A stretch of 63,344 nt of DNA, the filler included, from Sphacelaria rigidula (lineage: Eukaryota), in the NCBI GenBank assembly GCA_964200075.2. It is 8 parts of 8 records of this genome, joined end to end, with 100 filler letters (N's around TTAATTAATTAA, not from the genome) between each part and the next. Parts side by side here need not be neighbours in the genome. Positions count along the whole stretch, not along the records: positions 23,795 to 31,624 come from CAXNAA020013322.1; positions 31,725 to 39,554 come from CAXNAA020013323.1; 6 more parts are not named here. One strand, 5' to 3'. The position numbers and the translations under genes were made by a program. Shown here in pieces: positions 24,500 to 37,240 of the stretch (positions within the stretch are counted from its first letter, which is position 1; the number at the start of each line of letters is the position of its first letter). The notes under the pieces are model-generated. The model saw nothing but the letters and a program-made list of their open reading frames with translations. It was not told where the DNA came from and did not search any database.

Positions 24500-26800
24500 T
24501 GTTGTGCTCCAGTCTGGAGGTCGTATCCGCCCAACACTTCGCAAGTGTGCTAAGCCACATCACAGAAACAAGCATGGCCGAGCACACAGAAATTTTCTGA
24601 CCACACGTGGGAAGATTGAGGTGCGATACAGTATATACGCGAATCGCCTCCAGTTGGAAGCGGTCGCGGGTCTGAAAAACATGCCTCGGTCAGGGTAGTG
24701 GTCCTTGGAAGCTGCAAACTATCAACTAAATGTTGTCCAAAAAGCAGCACCTCGAAATCAGCACTTTTCCGTTGCTAGTACCAAAACGGTTGGATTTTGT
24801 CGGACGATGCCTGGGAGGTGAAGACGATGGACGTACGTGCGATCATGAGGTGTCGGTGGTGCATGCGTGCCCCGAAATCAGTGAGGTGCTCGTTTTGCAG
24901 CTGCCTTGCTTCCCCACAGTTATCGAGTTGCAAAGCATTGGCGACTTGCCAATTGGCTGGGCTATACTAGTGCTAATCCATATCAGCTTGACATTCGACC
25001 TGTCAGCGACTAGTTTTGACGCACGACCTCTATACATCGGGGGAGAGCTTTGACTCATCCACTGTAGGTTGTCCAGATCGCCGCACACCTGCTCTCGAGC
25101 ATTCCCATCGAGGGTGTGGTCGCGAACTTCTATAATGTGCTGTACTGTATCAGGCCGCAAACCATACTGCCGAGTTTGTTGTGCGAGTCCTTCGCCTGCA
25201 CGAGTTAGTTCGCTTTGTTGCAGATATTCTGCTTCCATTATAAACTGTTTCGTTGATGGCCCACGGAAGGCAATCTCGAGCGTTCCATTCCATACCCGGA
25301 CGATTCGGCAAAGCTTGTAGTTCGTCCAAGAGCCACCTACATCCGCTCGTACTTTTCGTTGTCGGTGCCGGTTTCCCACCGTGAACGTCCGTGGTTGCCC
25401 CGGGAGCGGCAAGTGTGTCGGCAGACCATTGTAAGATGCACGTTCTTCCTTTGTACGCCGATGAATAGAAAGCGCCTTCGCGAAACCATACGTTCGTCTG
25501 GTGAAAAGAGGGCATTGGCGTCGAATAACTGACTTTGTATCACTCTGTCGTCGTTACAACTGACCTCGAAGTGCGAGCTGAGCAAGTAGATTATTACAGC
25601 GTTCCGCATACCCTCCCGACGCTGGCATCAAAGCCGATACACAGCTGCGAGTCGGATTCTCCCGGGAGTATTTCGTCGAAGTATCACCGATCCACACCGA
25701 GATATGGAAATGGCGACGCAGTCAGTGGACATTGTCAACGCCTTTTGCAGTATAGTTGATCTGTTATTAAGCATGTTCCGAGTTTGTCCGATCACCTGCA
25801 TGGATCCATGACGGTACGACGGCAGCGCAGAAACTGCTCGGAGTGTTGAAACGTGTCCCCATTATCGAGTTTTTCACACGTTGATGTAGCAAAAGCCGTA
25901 AGGGTGTGAAGCGTTTTGCTGTTTTTGTTTTCCCACAGTGATTCTTGACGTCTTCAGCTGAAATCTTTGCATGTGTGTTTGCTACTCACGGTACGTACAA
26001 CGGTAGTTCGTCACCGTCTCGATTTGGTCCTGGGGGGGTAAGGAAAGTGAGTATCAGTTGATTTCGTGTACCTCTGGTTATCCTTCTTCATCTGGCCTGT
26101 CAAGTAAAAGTATTCTACAGCGCGAAATGAGGTAACGAGCCGGGGTATATTTGGGTAGGTATCGACGGAATTTCCTGTTTGTTACTCCGAAAGTGGGATG
26201 AGCTTGTCGAAGGATATCTGGTTTGTTGCTGGGACCGGGTTGGATAGAGTTGGTATCACCGCGTGGAATGACCCATGAAATAAAGATGGGCGAACCCCAC
26301 TTTTTTTTTCTGCACGCATAAGGCATGGATAAAAAATTCTCGACCTGCGGTGGTCGGAATGCAGGTGATGTATCAACGTTTACATTAGTTGCTCCAGCTT
26401 TCTATCTCATCCCGTGGGGATCTTAGCCCCTGTTGTGGACGAGACGCCCGACGAAATTACGAAGCGCTAGGTGCAAACGAACAGTTAAGGTGATGGTTGA
26501 CTTCGCCGAGCAGCTGCACTTGTGACGAGGGTGTTACACCGAAGATGTTTATGCTGGCTTTCATCTCTTGCTTCCCGCAGGCTAGATGTCGGCGCGCATC
26601 CTTGACCGAAGGTGATGGGCCAACGGTACTATGGCTAAGAGTGTACCTGAACACGGTCAAATTGATATTCGTCCTGTTCGAATAGTGGTCCCACACCATG
26701 CCGGCTAGCTCACTGCACCCAACCCCAAGTTGTCGTGTGGCCGTTGGCTGGAGACTGAGGCAGGCTGCTCCGACCATCAATCTGTTGATTGTGTCGCGAC
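24500..26800 (-). pseudogene. Decayed intronless coding-like region, probably TE-derived, unidentified
   Basis: Chain of overlapping, frameshifted minus-strand ORFs (26780-26457, 26376-26078, 25609-25150, 25412-24843) with protein-like composition. No motif recognised with confidence. Confidence 0.3.
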
Positions 26801-27299
26801 TACCTTATATTCTGCAGGAGTTTGGTCGGTGGCATTGGCTCTGACTTTCTAAAAGCTGTCCCGAAATATCGACGGCAAAATCTCTGTATGAGCTTTCTTC
26901 AGTGACCCTTCTTTCCCCATGTCGTTGTTTCTGTCAACACGTGTATCAAACACGCAAACTACAGGCGGCACCTGTACAGGAGGAGTCGGAGGGCGTGGTG
27001 GTGCAGCCAATCTCTGCTGCTTTGAAAAACAAGGTAACCACATGTGGCGTGGCCTACTTCGTCTGTCGTGTGCCTTGCACATCACCCGGGAAAGTTGCAC
27101 CCTGCCGTCGCTATGCATGTGTGGTTTTAGTCTACGCTTTTCATGTCGTGGTCTACATGTCGATTGGGTGCATGTCTGAAGGTCTGTGTCAGTGGTTCAT
27201 GAATATGTTTTGGTCGGGAAAACGATCTCATTAACTCTTCCCCGCTTTTCAGTGTGCCCCTTTCTTGGTTGGATCGTGTTGTCACCCCCCCCCCCTTCA

Positions 27300-27903
27300 G
27301 CCTGATCCGGCGAGAACCTGGCGTGCTCCATCCCGGCTTTGTAGGGGGACCCCCGATGGGGTTGGCATCGGTTGGTGATGATGCTAGCAAAACACGCCAC
27401 CCATTGCGTAAGCTAGGCAACCAGGTTACCGATTTATTTTTGCGCGCTTGCGTTTTCTTTGCGTTAACCATGATAGTGGTCGAGCTAGATCATGTTGTGC
27501 GGCGTGTGAGAACCTCAACTCCGCACAAAGGGGATGATCGTACTACGTGGTGTTCGAATGGTGAGACACCCATGAGGCAGTATATAAGCCGTGGCTGTCG
27601 CTGGAAGTGACGATACCAGAAAATGAAGCAACTCGTTGTAGGTTGTCATCCGAATGCAAGATAATCAGTGCGCTTCGGGTCGAGCAATTTAGCAGGATGC
27701 AGCTCACCCTTCATGCGACTCGCCGAGCACACCACGACGCTTCGCGCTTGGTGATTGACTACGAGCCTGGTCCGGCGAAAACCCGGCGTGCTCCGTCCCG
27801 GCTTTGCAGGGATGCGTCGTCAATGGGCCATGTCCCAGCTTGGTAGGGATGCTAGGTCAATGGTCCCAAGACTATGACATGCATGATCATTAGTACCCCC
27901 CCC
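27300..27903 (+). mobile_element. Non-autonomous ~600-bp element with ~46-bp direct repeat plus 3' tail, flanked by poly-C (copy 1)
   Basis: gcctgRtccggcgaRaaccYggcgtgctccRtcccggctttgYaggg at 27300-27346 and 27765-27811; tail ...gcatgatcattagtac + C-run; C-run 27285-27295 on the left. Colinear with 41110-41681. Confidence 0.8.
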
Positions 27904-28183
27904 TCCCTGGAAGGTGGCATCAAATCGTGTGGTACATTAGGCAGTAGCGATAATCAGTCGCTATACCGGGAGATAACTGGTGGGCACAGATGGTGAAACA
28001 AGGAGGGGATATGATATATGTAGGCGTTCTTGTGTAACGTATGGAAGAAACGTCATGAGCGCTCAAATGTTGGTGTACCAGAAGTAGGGACAGTGCTCCG
28101 TCTCGAAAGGAATGAGTGATCAGTGTTCAATAGACTAAGGCAAGCAACAAGTGAGCACACACCGCGCCACTCTTGTCCGTCAG

Positions 28184-28306
28184 GGGAAGAAGAAGTCTGC
28201 GTCATCATCTGCTAAGCCTAGCGCGGCGGCTTTGAAGGCAGCCAAGGAGGCAGCGGACAAGGAGGCCAAGAAAAAGAAGAAGAGGGATAAGAAGAACTTC
28301 AACCAG
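28184..28306 (+). CDS. Exon of a Lys/Ala-rich conserved eukaryotic protein (C-terminal part)
   Basis: CAG acceptor, GTCAGA donor, 123 nt, phase 0. GKKKSASSSAKPSAAALKAAKEAADKEAKKKKKRDKKNFNQ resembles, from memory, the C-terminus of a plant family ending AA..AA..KKKEKNHYNQ. Confidence 0.65.
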
Positions 28307-30073
28307 GTCAGAATAGTGGAAGCCTACGTAGTCTGAAAAGCGAGCTCGTCAAGCAGCCGAGCTCAGGGAATGACCTAGACTGACCATTTGGAGGGCTGTG
28401 ACCGTCGATACGGCGTCCGAGCGTTTTTCCCACTATGATAAGATTTTCCGCTGTATTCTCCCGATTGTTCCCTCAGAGTTTCGGTGCGAGTAGGTATTGG
28501 CACGGGAAGTGAAGTATGCTTAGAAGCTGTTTCCCAATTTAATGCTGTGGGAGCAATGCGGGGAACATTCCCAGTTGCGGGAAGGGTGCATTCAATCGTT
28601 TTTGAGTTCGTACAACTTCACTGCCATTCCAATTGTGGCAGGGGCGTTATTAATCGTGCTTGACTTCTACAACTTTATTGCCATGGTGTATTGTAACTGA
28701 TGAGTGCCATGGTGAAACGGACGGTATTCTTTTGGTTATCAAAACGTTCGGAACAGATGTGGCCAGCTCAATATGTCGAGAGGCCCGCACCTGAGACTGC
28801 ACTCGTAGAACCGCGTAGCACTGGTCACCTCTCACGGCGTTCAAAATCGATCGTGGAAATATTTCCGGTCGGGTTAATTTCGAGAACTTATGCGGAACCA
28901 ACATGTTTTTGAGTTGAACGTTCAGCGTGGTGGGTGGTTATATCCTCCAAAACCTGAATGTCGCTCTCGACTGCTGTCGGCAAGGTTATTTCGTCACTTT
29001 TGGGGAAACAAGAGCGCTGCAGTGTGGGTGCAGTCCGAGCAAGCGTCTTCGACGAGCGGATCAACGCAAGATCATGAGTGCATCCCCCCGCCCGCTCCCC
29101 CCCAACCACATCGCGGTTCATGCCTTGTATTTTTATATCATTGATTTTATCAGCACTCCCGCACGATGTCTTTTTCTGCCGATGAGAGTTCTTAGCTGCT
29201 CCATGATACCTCAGCTATCAACGACGGAAACAGAGACCGCTTAGATACGATCTCCGAGCCGTGTACTGTCCATGTCGGCCTAGCTCTCACCCTTCCCGAT
29301 CTATAGACTTCTGTCACTCAAATCAGATTGCCATGTGAACTTCAGCAGCTTCACTCATTCATGTATGAATCCTCACCATAGTACAGGAGAACAGGATCAT
29401 AGCCTCTCTCCACCAGAGTAGCAAAACCTAGCCTCACATCGTGGAGGTTACCTATAACAGAGTCCGGCAATCAGACCCGCAACTCCTCCCACACAGTGTA
29501 CTCTTGGAAACAATGGTGGTTAGAGTCCACAGATCCCCGAGAACGCCGTGAGGACTGTTCTGCTTAGTTATACGTTGTTCATCGGAAGCCACGATGTTAC
29601 GCCTTTTCGGCGTTGTCTAGGCAATGTAAGAAAAAAAGGTAGAATCCCGGGAGTAGTTTTCAATCATGGGTGACAACAGATATGGAAAACGTTCAGGGTA
29701 TACATCTCATTTTGAATATGGTGACAAACTCTTCAGTTCCCGAAAATATGTTTGAATATATTTCCCTTCGCTTGTGCATCGTTTGGCAAAAGATGTGACA
29801 CTCTGCCATGGAGGTATGAACAAACTGAAACTCGTTCCCCGAATTCCCTTGTCTTTTGATGATGATGGGAAACAGGCAAGGAGGTGTACGCGAGCAGCGT
29901 TCAAAAATGGGTTGGGGAAAAATCGCCCAGGGGCTCGTTTAGTTTATTTAAATGCCGAAGCTTGGAAGAAGAGCTGTTAAATTTCATTACACCCGTGCAT
30001 TTACTTGTTTTTTCTCATCAACCATTATTTTGACAGGCTTCCGCTTTTTGCGTGCGCCCTATTGTCTACCTCT

Positions 30074-30110
<37 letters not shown>

Positions 30111-32589
30111 CCCCCCCCCCCCCCCCCCCTGTTCTCCTATCATTATTTCTTTGATGGTGTTTCCTGGCTTGTGTTGATTCGTGCCCATGTTACCTGGCTC
30201 CACCCGCGAAATAGATGACAGCTGTGAGCGTAGGTCGTAAGTCGTCTATAGTTTAGATCATCGAGTAGCATAGATCTTCTATTTAGTGATATCATCTGTA
30301 GACGCTGTCTTGCCAGTTAGATATACGGAGTATGTCGGTCGTGGGGGATGGGCGCGTGTTCTGTAGTGTAGGTACGTAAATATCTCACGAAAACCAGCTC
30401 GTTTCTGTCGCTCAGTAGTGTCTCCCCCTCGCATCTCCTCTGCAGTTTATTGTTGCTATATAGGTGTAGTGTTGATTGGGCATGCAGAGTCAAATATCTG
30501 CGTGTCATCACAGCAGCAGCACGCGTTGATTGATTGTCGGCGATTGTCGCACGAATGGTTTTTATCCCCCGGCGCAGCACGAGCAGGTGCAACATTGCCG
30601 TTGTGACGTCTACAGATATAGTCATCTCTCGATTCCTCCTTGTTATACTGTGATGAGTTAGGTTTTGTCGTGCCGCGACCAGTCGACACACACGCGGCAT
30701 TTCTGCAAGGGTTGGTAATTCTAGTTCCCCCTCCCCCTCCACCCCCCCTCCCTCCTCCTGTTTTCCTCGATTATTCCTTTCGAAACTATTCGTTTCGGGT
30801 TTGTCCATCAAAACGCATGTTATATTTTGGTGTTTGCCTATGGCATGGTACGTGCGGCACAGCTTGTCAGTTTTTTGTATGGTGTGTGCGGTGGGCAGAC
30901 TGATGAGGTCAGTGCGATGCGAAAGACAGCGGGAGGTTGAAGAGATGATGCTTACACTGAGATTTCACCCTGCAAGGATACAGTATTTTCACCATCTGGT
31001 GAGCGCGTGTTACGTCTGATATATTTTTCCCGCTACTTAGTGCCGTACCAGTTTGGTTCATGTTCCTCATTTTTTGTCGTTATGTTTGGTGGGAGCAATC
31101 GACTACCAGAGGACCGCTCTATTTTAACTTTTTGTTTTTGTTCAAGAGTGACGCCATTCCACCCCTTGAAACCTCTAGCACGGTAACTCTGTTCACCTCG
31201 TGTGGTTAGTGTCACTACTCCGCATGTTGTTGAGTCGAAATTTGACAAGCTGTTCATGCACACTGCGCCCCGTCGTGATGAGATGAGGGAGTGGAATAGG
31301 CAGCTGTTTCATTCGGTTTGCAATTCCATCTCCCTGGCCCTGTCGATTGCACCCCCTTTTTGATAACGGGATGGCATGGCACGTTACTGACCCCCGAAAT
31401 GTTCGATGTGATACCGAAGAAATGGGAGATGAACAGGAAGTACCGACCTCAACAAGTGAACATCAACGGGGCATCATTCGACCCAGTGTGTGCCGTGGAC
31501 TACCCCCTCCAAGTTGCTAGTGTACATCACCAGCTGTGCATCGGGGGGAGGTGGGGGGGGGGGAGTAAACATTTGTTGTTTGCCTAAGCAATTTAATAAT
31601 TAACAACGAATCCTTTCCAAGACGNNNNNNNNNNNNNNNNNNNNNNNNNNNNNNNNNNNNNNNNNNNNTTAATTAATTAANNNNNNNNNNNNNNNNNNNN
31701 NNNNNNNNNNNNNNNNNNNNNNNNTGTGCTTGTTGTTTTCTCCCCCCTTTCCTCCCCTTGTTTGCTTTTTTTTTTTTTTTTTTTTTTTTTTGAGACGTGG
31801 TGGGGGGGGGGGGGGGGGGGGGGGGGGGCTATCGCAGCGTCACTCAGAGGCTTGGTTTTTCGCGAGAAATATATTCGACATTGAATGATTAAGGTCTGGA
31901 GCTTTGCGAGGGGGATGAATTATGCTCATGGTCGAAGGGTGGTCCGCTGTGCTTCATAGTCGGGTTCATGAAATTGTGAGACGACAATAATACGCGTTGC
32001 AAACACGTACGCTTGCTCGTAATGACTCTGGCCACAGACATGCGCTGAGTAAGATATGTGTGTGTATCTAGAAACCTCCTCCTCTGGTCGTCAGCCTTCC
32101 TAACGCAAATGACTTCCTTTCAGTGTACTGGTGCCACCCCGTGAAAACCGGTGTGACACACCGTGTCGAGAGCGTCAGTTCCGAAACTTTCGAAAAATAC
32201 ATCGAAACATACCAAACCACACCAAGTTAACGCCTGATGACTCGGACAGCGATTCAAGTTTAGTTCTGAAGCATTCCTGGAACCCGTAACACCTTGGCGG
32301 CTGCTTGTGCTATCGTTTATGAACCCCCTGACTTGAGTGCGCCGCCATGTCGCGCGGTACCTCTCTGGTCGTTTGTGTGTAAATATACACGCTACCAACG
32401 CAGGGTCCACGAAGATCAGGGCGCAACATCCTTCGAAAGCAGGACCATTTCCTAGATTTCCGTGGTATCTGACACGAGCAACTATATTTTTCAGTGCATC
32501 CATCCCGGCCAAACGATGAAAATCTTGTGTGTGGAATTACGGTGCCATATAGACAATTAATTAGGTGGGTAACTACTCTTACCGCGAAT

Positions 32590-33790
32590 TCAAGTTGGAG
32601 TCATAACTTTAACACTTGGAGCTTCAACTTCAAGCTTCAAACGTAGCCTCGCGCTTTGAACTCTCGTCTTGAAGCCTTGACCTGGACGCCAAGCCCTCAA
32701 GCTGAACCCCCCAGAATCAAAATTGAAGGTTCAAGTTGGATATTTAACGCTTCAAGTCGAGCCTTTGTCTTTAAGCTCGACCTTCGAGCTGAAGCTTGAA
32801 GGCCTTGAACGAACGTTCGACCTGAACCTCCCGACATGCATGTCAGGAGAGTCACCCTACGATAAAGGGGCGGAGGAAGGTATTTGGGGGAATTTTCTTC
32901 CACGAAAGCAACAGCAGTCGTTCGAACGCGGCAGTTACGGATAGACAACACTCATTCACACTGCTTGAAACCGTTTTCACCCAAATACAAGCGCGCCGCA
33001 AGTGTGATAAGTCGTCTGACACGCCCATGAGCCTTCAATCGTGAAATCAAACACCCCCCCTTTCCCCCTCCCTATCATAGGATCACGCAGAAGTTCATCA
33101 TAAATATTCAAGTCGGAGGCAAAGTCTCCATATCGAAGCTTTAATTGCAATGGCAAACCCTGTGTTTTGGTGCAAGTTGAAATTTGTGGTAGGCTCAACA
33201 TAAAGACCATCGACAAAAACGTTCAATTTATACCTGGGAGATTTCGAGCTGAGGTTCCACACGCACGTTGAGGTTTTTAATTGAACCTCACATCGTGAAA
33301 GGGTTAGACTTCGGGTTTGAGGTCGAACGTTGGCGTTGAACCCTAGCCCCAACCCTAGTCCTAATCCTAACCCTAACCCTAACCCTAAACTTGAGCTTGA
33401 ACTCTGGGTCTTGAACTTGGTGTTCAAACTTTGAAGTTGGCAGTTCTTCAACCTCTGAGTTCAGGGTTCGATCTTTGACTTGAACGCATGATCTTCAGCT
33501 TGAAATGTCCGATGTTTAGTTTGGATGACTCAAAGGTTTGAGTGAGCGTTCAAATTGAACGCACTTCCACCAGTAAGTTGAATCTTCACGACCTTTAGCT
33601 TGAACATTCCAGATGAAGGTCCGACTACAAGTCACAGCTTGGACTTGAGCTTTCGAATCGACGCCCCGACGTCAAAGTCGAATGCTCGACTTTACATCAA
33701 CCTTCAAGTTAAACGCTTTTACTTCAGGCGTCAGCTCTTATCTTAATATCCCAAGCTAGATGTTGAAGCCCCTGAAGTTGAGGGTCGGGA
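32590..33790. repeat. Low-complexity element rich in TTGAA/TTCAA/CTTGA motifs, with internal telomere-like tract at 33341-33388
   Basis: Dense short motifs (cttcaa, ttgaac, ttgaag) and ccctagccccaaccctagtcctaatcctaaccctaaccctaaccctaaac. Confidence 0.5.
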
Positions 33791-34103
33791 CCGCACCTCG
33801 AGAGCTCCCACGTTTAAGGTGAAGGTCTCGACGGTTGGCTCCTGGAGAAAAGCAAACCGACTTTGTTAACCCTTTAGCGCGAGAGCAGTCCATCTGGACC
33901 AGGCATACATTTTTCAAGTGATTTTGATGCCGATTCAACATATGCCCTAGACTTGCTGTCTAAGGCTTAGTAAGGATGACTATGTAGAAAACAAATTTAG
34001 GATATATTTATATATTGTAACTTCCCCGGATGTTAGTTACTAGGGACAATTAGACGCGATGTATGGCTGTTTCCTCGAGCACGTGATGCGCTGGCGAGCA
34101 TTG

Positions 34104-34600
34104 CTACGGTAGGAGTACACTTTTTGCGCAAAACCGCTTGACTGGTTCAGGGGCTCCCGACGATTCTAGATGCACAAGAACATGGGTCAGGGCATCCCCG
34201 TTTGCAAATTCAATGGGAATCTCCCTAGCACGCTGGAGTAGTGATCCTGGTGTACTCTCACATATTTCATCAGTCGTGCTTCGGATGAGATGATAGAGAG
34301 CTCCTGACAAATCTAACCTCAGGAAATATTTGTGCAACCTTACCGTAGCATCACTCTGGCAGCAAAGTTGCTTACCTTCCACACTCTACGATACTCCGCC
34401 TCAGTGGTCAAGAAGTCGATCGGCGCACTAACCACCGACGACTGGATCAAGCTCTTGCCACAGCCCTCCAGGATTAGATCTAACGTCACAACTGTGGCCG
34501 CCGCCTGCGCCAGCGACGGTTTACTGACGCCGGCTTTGGGATTGGGACGATCATCACCTCTGCCTGTCGCTGGCCTTTGATGATGAGCACGACCTCTCCT
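34104..34600 (-). mobile_element. Decayed retroelement gag-like coding fragment (copy 2)
   Basis: DATVRLHKYFLRLDLSGALYHLIRSTTDEICESTPGSLLQRAREIPIEFANGDALTHVLVHLESSGAPEP is homologous to 54-344. Confidence 0.5.
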
Positions 34601-35014
34601 TCGGACGCTGTTTATGGGTTAACGGCCATGCATATTACTGAGGTGAGCAACGTACCGATAAAACCGAAAGTTCCCAGTCGCGGTTCAGTTGCATCTACAC
34701 GGCGAGCATTTTTGCACCGTATCCAATTTTCTGCCCTGTAGATGGGGGTTATTCTAGAAAGTAAAAAAAAAAACACACACACACACACAGAGATAACCCG
34801 CTTGAAATTGTATCATCAGTACTCCCGGAAAACCTGCATACACCGGCGGGGAAGAGGAGGGAGAGGGGGGGGGGGCACCATGTAGTCACCCTCTACTGCA
34901 AGGGATCAAAATCAAGCATTGCCAGATAACCTGCCAGTAACAGAGTACTTCCGATTTATGAAGAATATATCTGCCCAGACTTATTATTGTAGATGCAATA
35001 TTGTGAAACCACTA

Positions 35015-35380
35015 CCGGTGGGTAACCTCGACACCTTGTGACGGTTGGTTCGTGGGTTCGAATCCCGATGACGTCACTCTATCTGACTTTTTTTCTCGCA
35101 TTATACTCCCAACACAAAGTGGAGAGCAACTATGTCGTGCCTACACAAAATTTGACTTCACGGTCGACGAGGGAAAGAGGCCGCTGAACCCCTCCCGTAA
35201 GAAAACAAAAGGCAAGCACCGCAGAAGGAAGGTGGAGGACTACAAGAAATGAATATATTAAAAAAAAACTCCTGTGTTGGCCGTTCTCCTGTGTGACCCC
35301 GGCTGATGCGTCCAAATATACCGTAGTAAGGTGTAGACTGGCGTCCAGAATAGATGGGATGACAATACACACAAACACAC
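35015..35380 (+). mobile_element. tRNA-derived SINE (5'-eroded copy)
   Basis: B-box GGTTCGAATCC at ~35055. Body and tail gactggcgtccagaatagatgggatgacaatacacac are shared with 54838-55190 and 37241-37613. Confidence 0.8.
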
Positions 35381-35444
35381 AGAAGCACTGGAAGGAATCT
35401 AGCCTACGCCATTTCCACTTTGCGAGGCTCCTACCACTAAGTAC

Positions 35445-36041
35445 CAGGCTTTTGCTTTTCATGCGCACTTTTTCTTTTGGATGCGTTTCATTTCATTTCT
35501 TCTAATGCTAATAAGTGAACATTATGCGCCGATTTATGCATATTGTGGTGAAATATGCGCAACTTATGCGCCTTTTTCGCGTCCTTCTTGAGGCGGTTCC
35601 TGGCGCCACCCCTCGTGAAACGTTCAAGCATGTGAAAAGAAAAGAATGGGGATAAAGAACGAAAGCCTACGTCTGATGTGAAATATTACACAACATTTTA
35701 TTTTCCTCAGCTTCACATGAACATAAAGTAGTTGACGTACAGAGCAATAACCGATACCAGACCCGCAACAAAATTAGGGAAAATAAACTACGAAGACAAA
35801 CGCCACGACTCGACGAGCCACGCCACATGGAGCACCCGTGGGTAGCTTCTAGCTGCTGGGCATGGGGTGCATGATTCCGTTGGAGTACTATATGCGCCAA
35901 GTTATGCGTAACATTTAGCTTTTACGCCTTTGTTACATGCTGAAATCTCCATGAAAACATGTTCTAAAAGAAACGCATAGGGTTATGCGCAAAACCCCGA
36001 TTTTTGCGAAATTATATGCGTGCAAAAAATGCAAAAGCCTA
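35445..36041. mobile_element. hAT-like MITE with subterminal TATGCG motifs
   Basis: Termini caggcttttgc (35445) / gcaaaagccta (36031-36041), with many tatgcg(c) repeats near both ends. No clean TSD. Confidence 0.5.
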
Positions 36042-36664
36042 CTACTACGTACGGTGTTACGCGAGGCTTACAAACCTGTTGGAATACAAATATGGCTATC
36101 GTGGCTTGTGCATCACACACAACCTTCGGCTGTCGATTCGACAGGAACACGGTTCACCAAGTGAACCCAACTCTAACAAGAGAGCTCGCAGCGGCTGCAC
36201 AGTGTTGTTCAAACACTTGTTTGTGCGATGAAAAGAGATGGTTGAACTTGCCGCTTCACCTGGGCATTACTCAAATTAAACACAGTCAGTCTCTACTCTT
36301 AAAACACTAATACCAAACTGGTGGCTTCCTTGAGGTGGTCGCTTTGGAGAGTAAATGGCGTGGGGCTATTTCACTCCGCTGATAAAACTCTTGGACACCA
36401 TAAAACTGTTCATCCAAACTTTTGATACCTTAGACTCTTCGTACCCAACTCTTCAATATTCTGACAATATGCTGACTCTCTGTATAGGATCTATACGGTA
36501 CATGGACTATTCAGTACTCTACGATGAATATCTCACACACTGCACTACTTCGGTTATTCCGACAATCTTTATTCTAACGATGAACCGTTTCTGGTTTTCC
36601 CGCTAATCTGGAGTATGTATATTCGGAACTGTTATTTCTCAAACTTCCAGCATACGGTAGGTAG

Positions 36665-36875
36665 TGTAGTGCGTGAGAGGACCGCGTGCTTAGAGGACCG
36701 CGCCGTAGTTCAAAACACCTCAGGATCGACGTTTTTCAGAACCAAGCGGGCCAGTCCCTTTAGGTACCACGCCCCTGACCACATCCCTAGCACTAACCCT
36801 AACCCTAACCCTAACCATAGGAATGTTCAAATTCCGATGCGGTCCTCTAAGCACGCGGTCCTCTCACGCATTACA
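36665..36875. mobile_element. 211-bp MITE with TGTA...TACA termini, 37-bp TIR, 5-bp TSD (GGTAG) and internal (CCCTAA)n; Ginger-like
   Basis: Perfect 32-bp TIR tgcgtgagaggaccgcgtgcttagaggaccgc (36670-36701 / 36839-36870), extended by 5 bp with one mismatch. GGTAG at 36660-36664 and 36876-36880. taaccctaaccctaaccctaacc at 36794-36816. Confidence 0.85.
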
Positions 36876-36880
36876 GGTAG

Positions 36881-37211
36881 CACACGCGGTCATTTGGCTA
36901 CCTCCAATATTCCTCCAGGTGGGTAAACTTTTCGAGCCTCGAGAGGGAATAAGCGCCTCCGGAGGGGTGCGCGACTCTCCAGAGGAGATTTTTTGGTGTC
37001 CTCCAGAGGGATTAAATGCCTCTGGAGGCTTATTTTTGCGTCTGGAGGGCCGCGCATACCCCCAACTTCCTCGGGAGGGGTGTGCGGCCCTCCGGGTCGG
37101 TAGAGTTTGATTTCTTCAAGAGGGGTTGAAGGCCTTCGGATGCTTGTTTCCTCCCCAAAGGGCCGCACATCCCTCCGGAGGCATTGGGTTGTAGCCAAAT
37201 GGCCGCGTGTG
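36881..37211. mobile_element. 331-bp CACTA/CMC-like MITE (CACAC termini, 21-bp TIR, possible 2-bp AG TSD)
   Basis: cacacgcggtcatttggctac vs gtagccaaatggccgcgtgtg (20/21). Internal cctccRgagg subterminal repeats; AG on both flanks. Confidence 0.75.
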
Positions 37212-37240
37212 AGGTGTCGAAACTAGCCCTAGTTGGGTGA

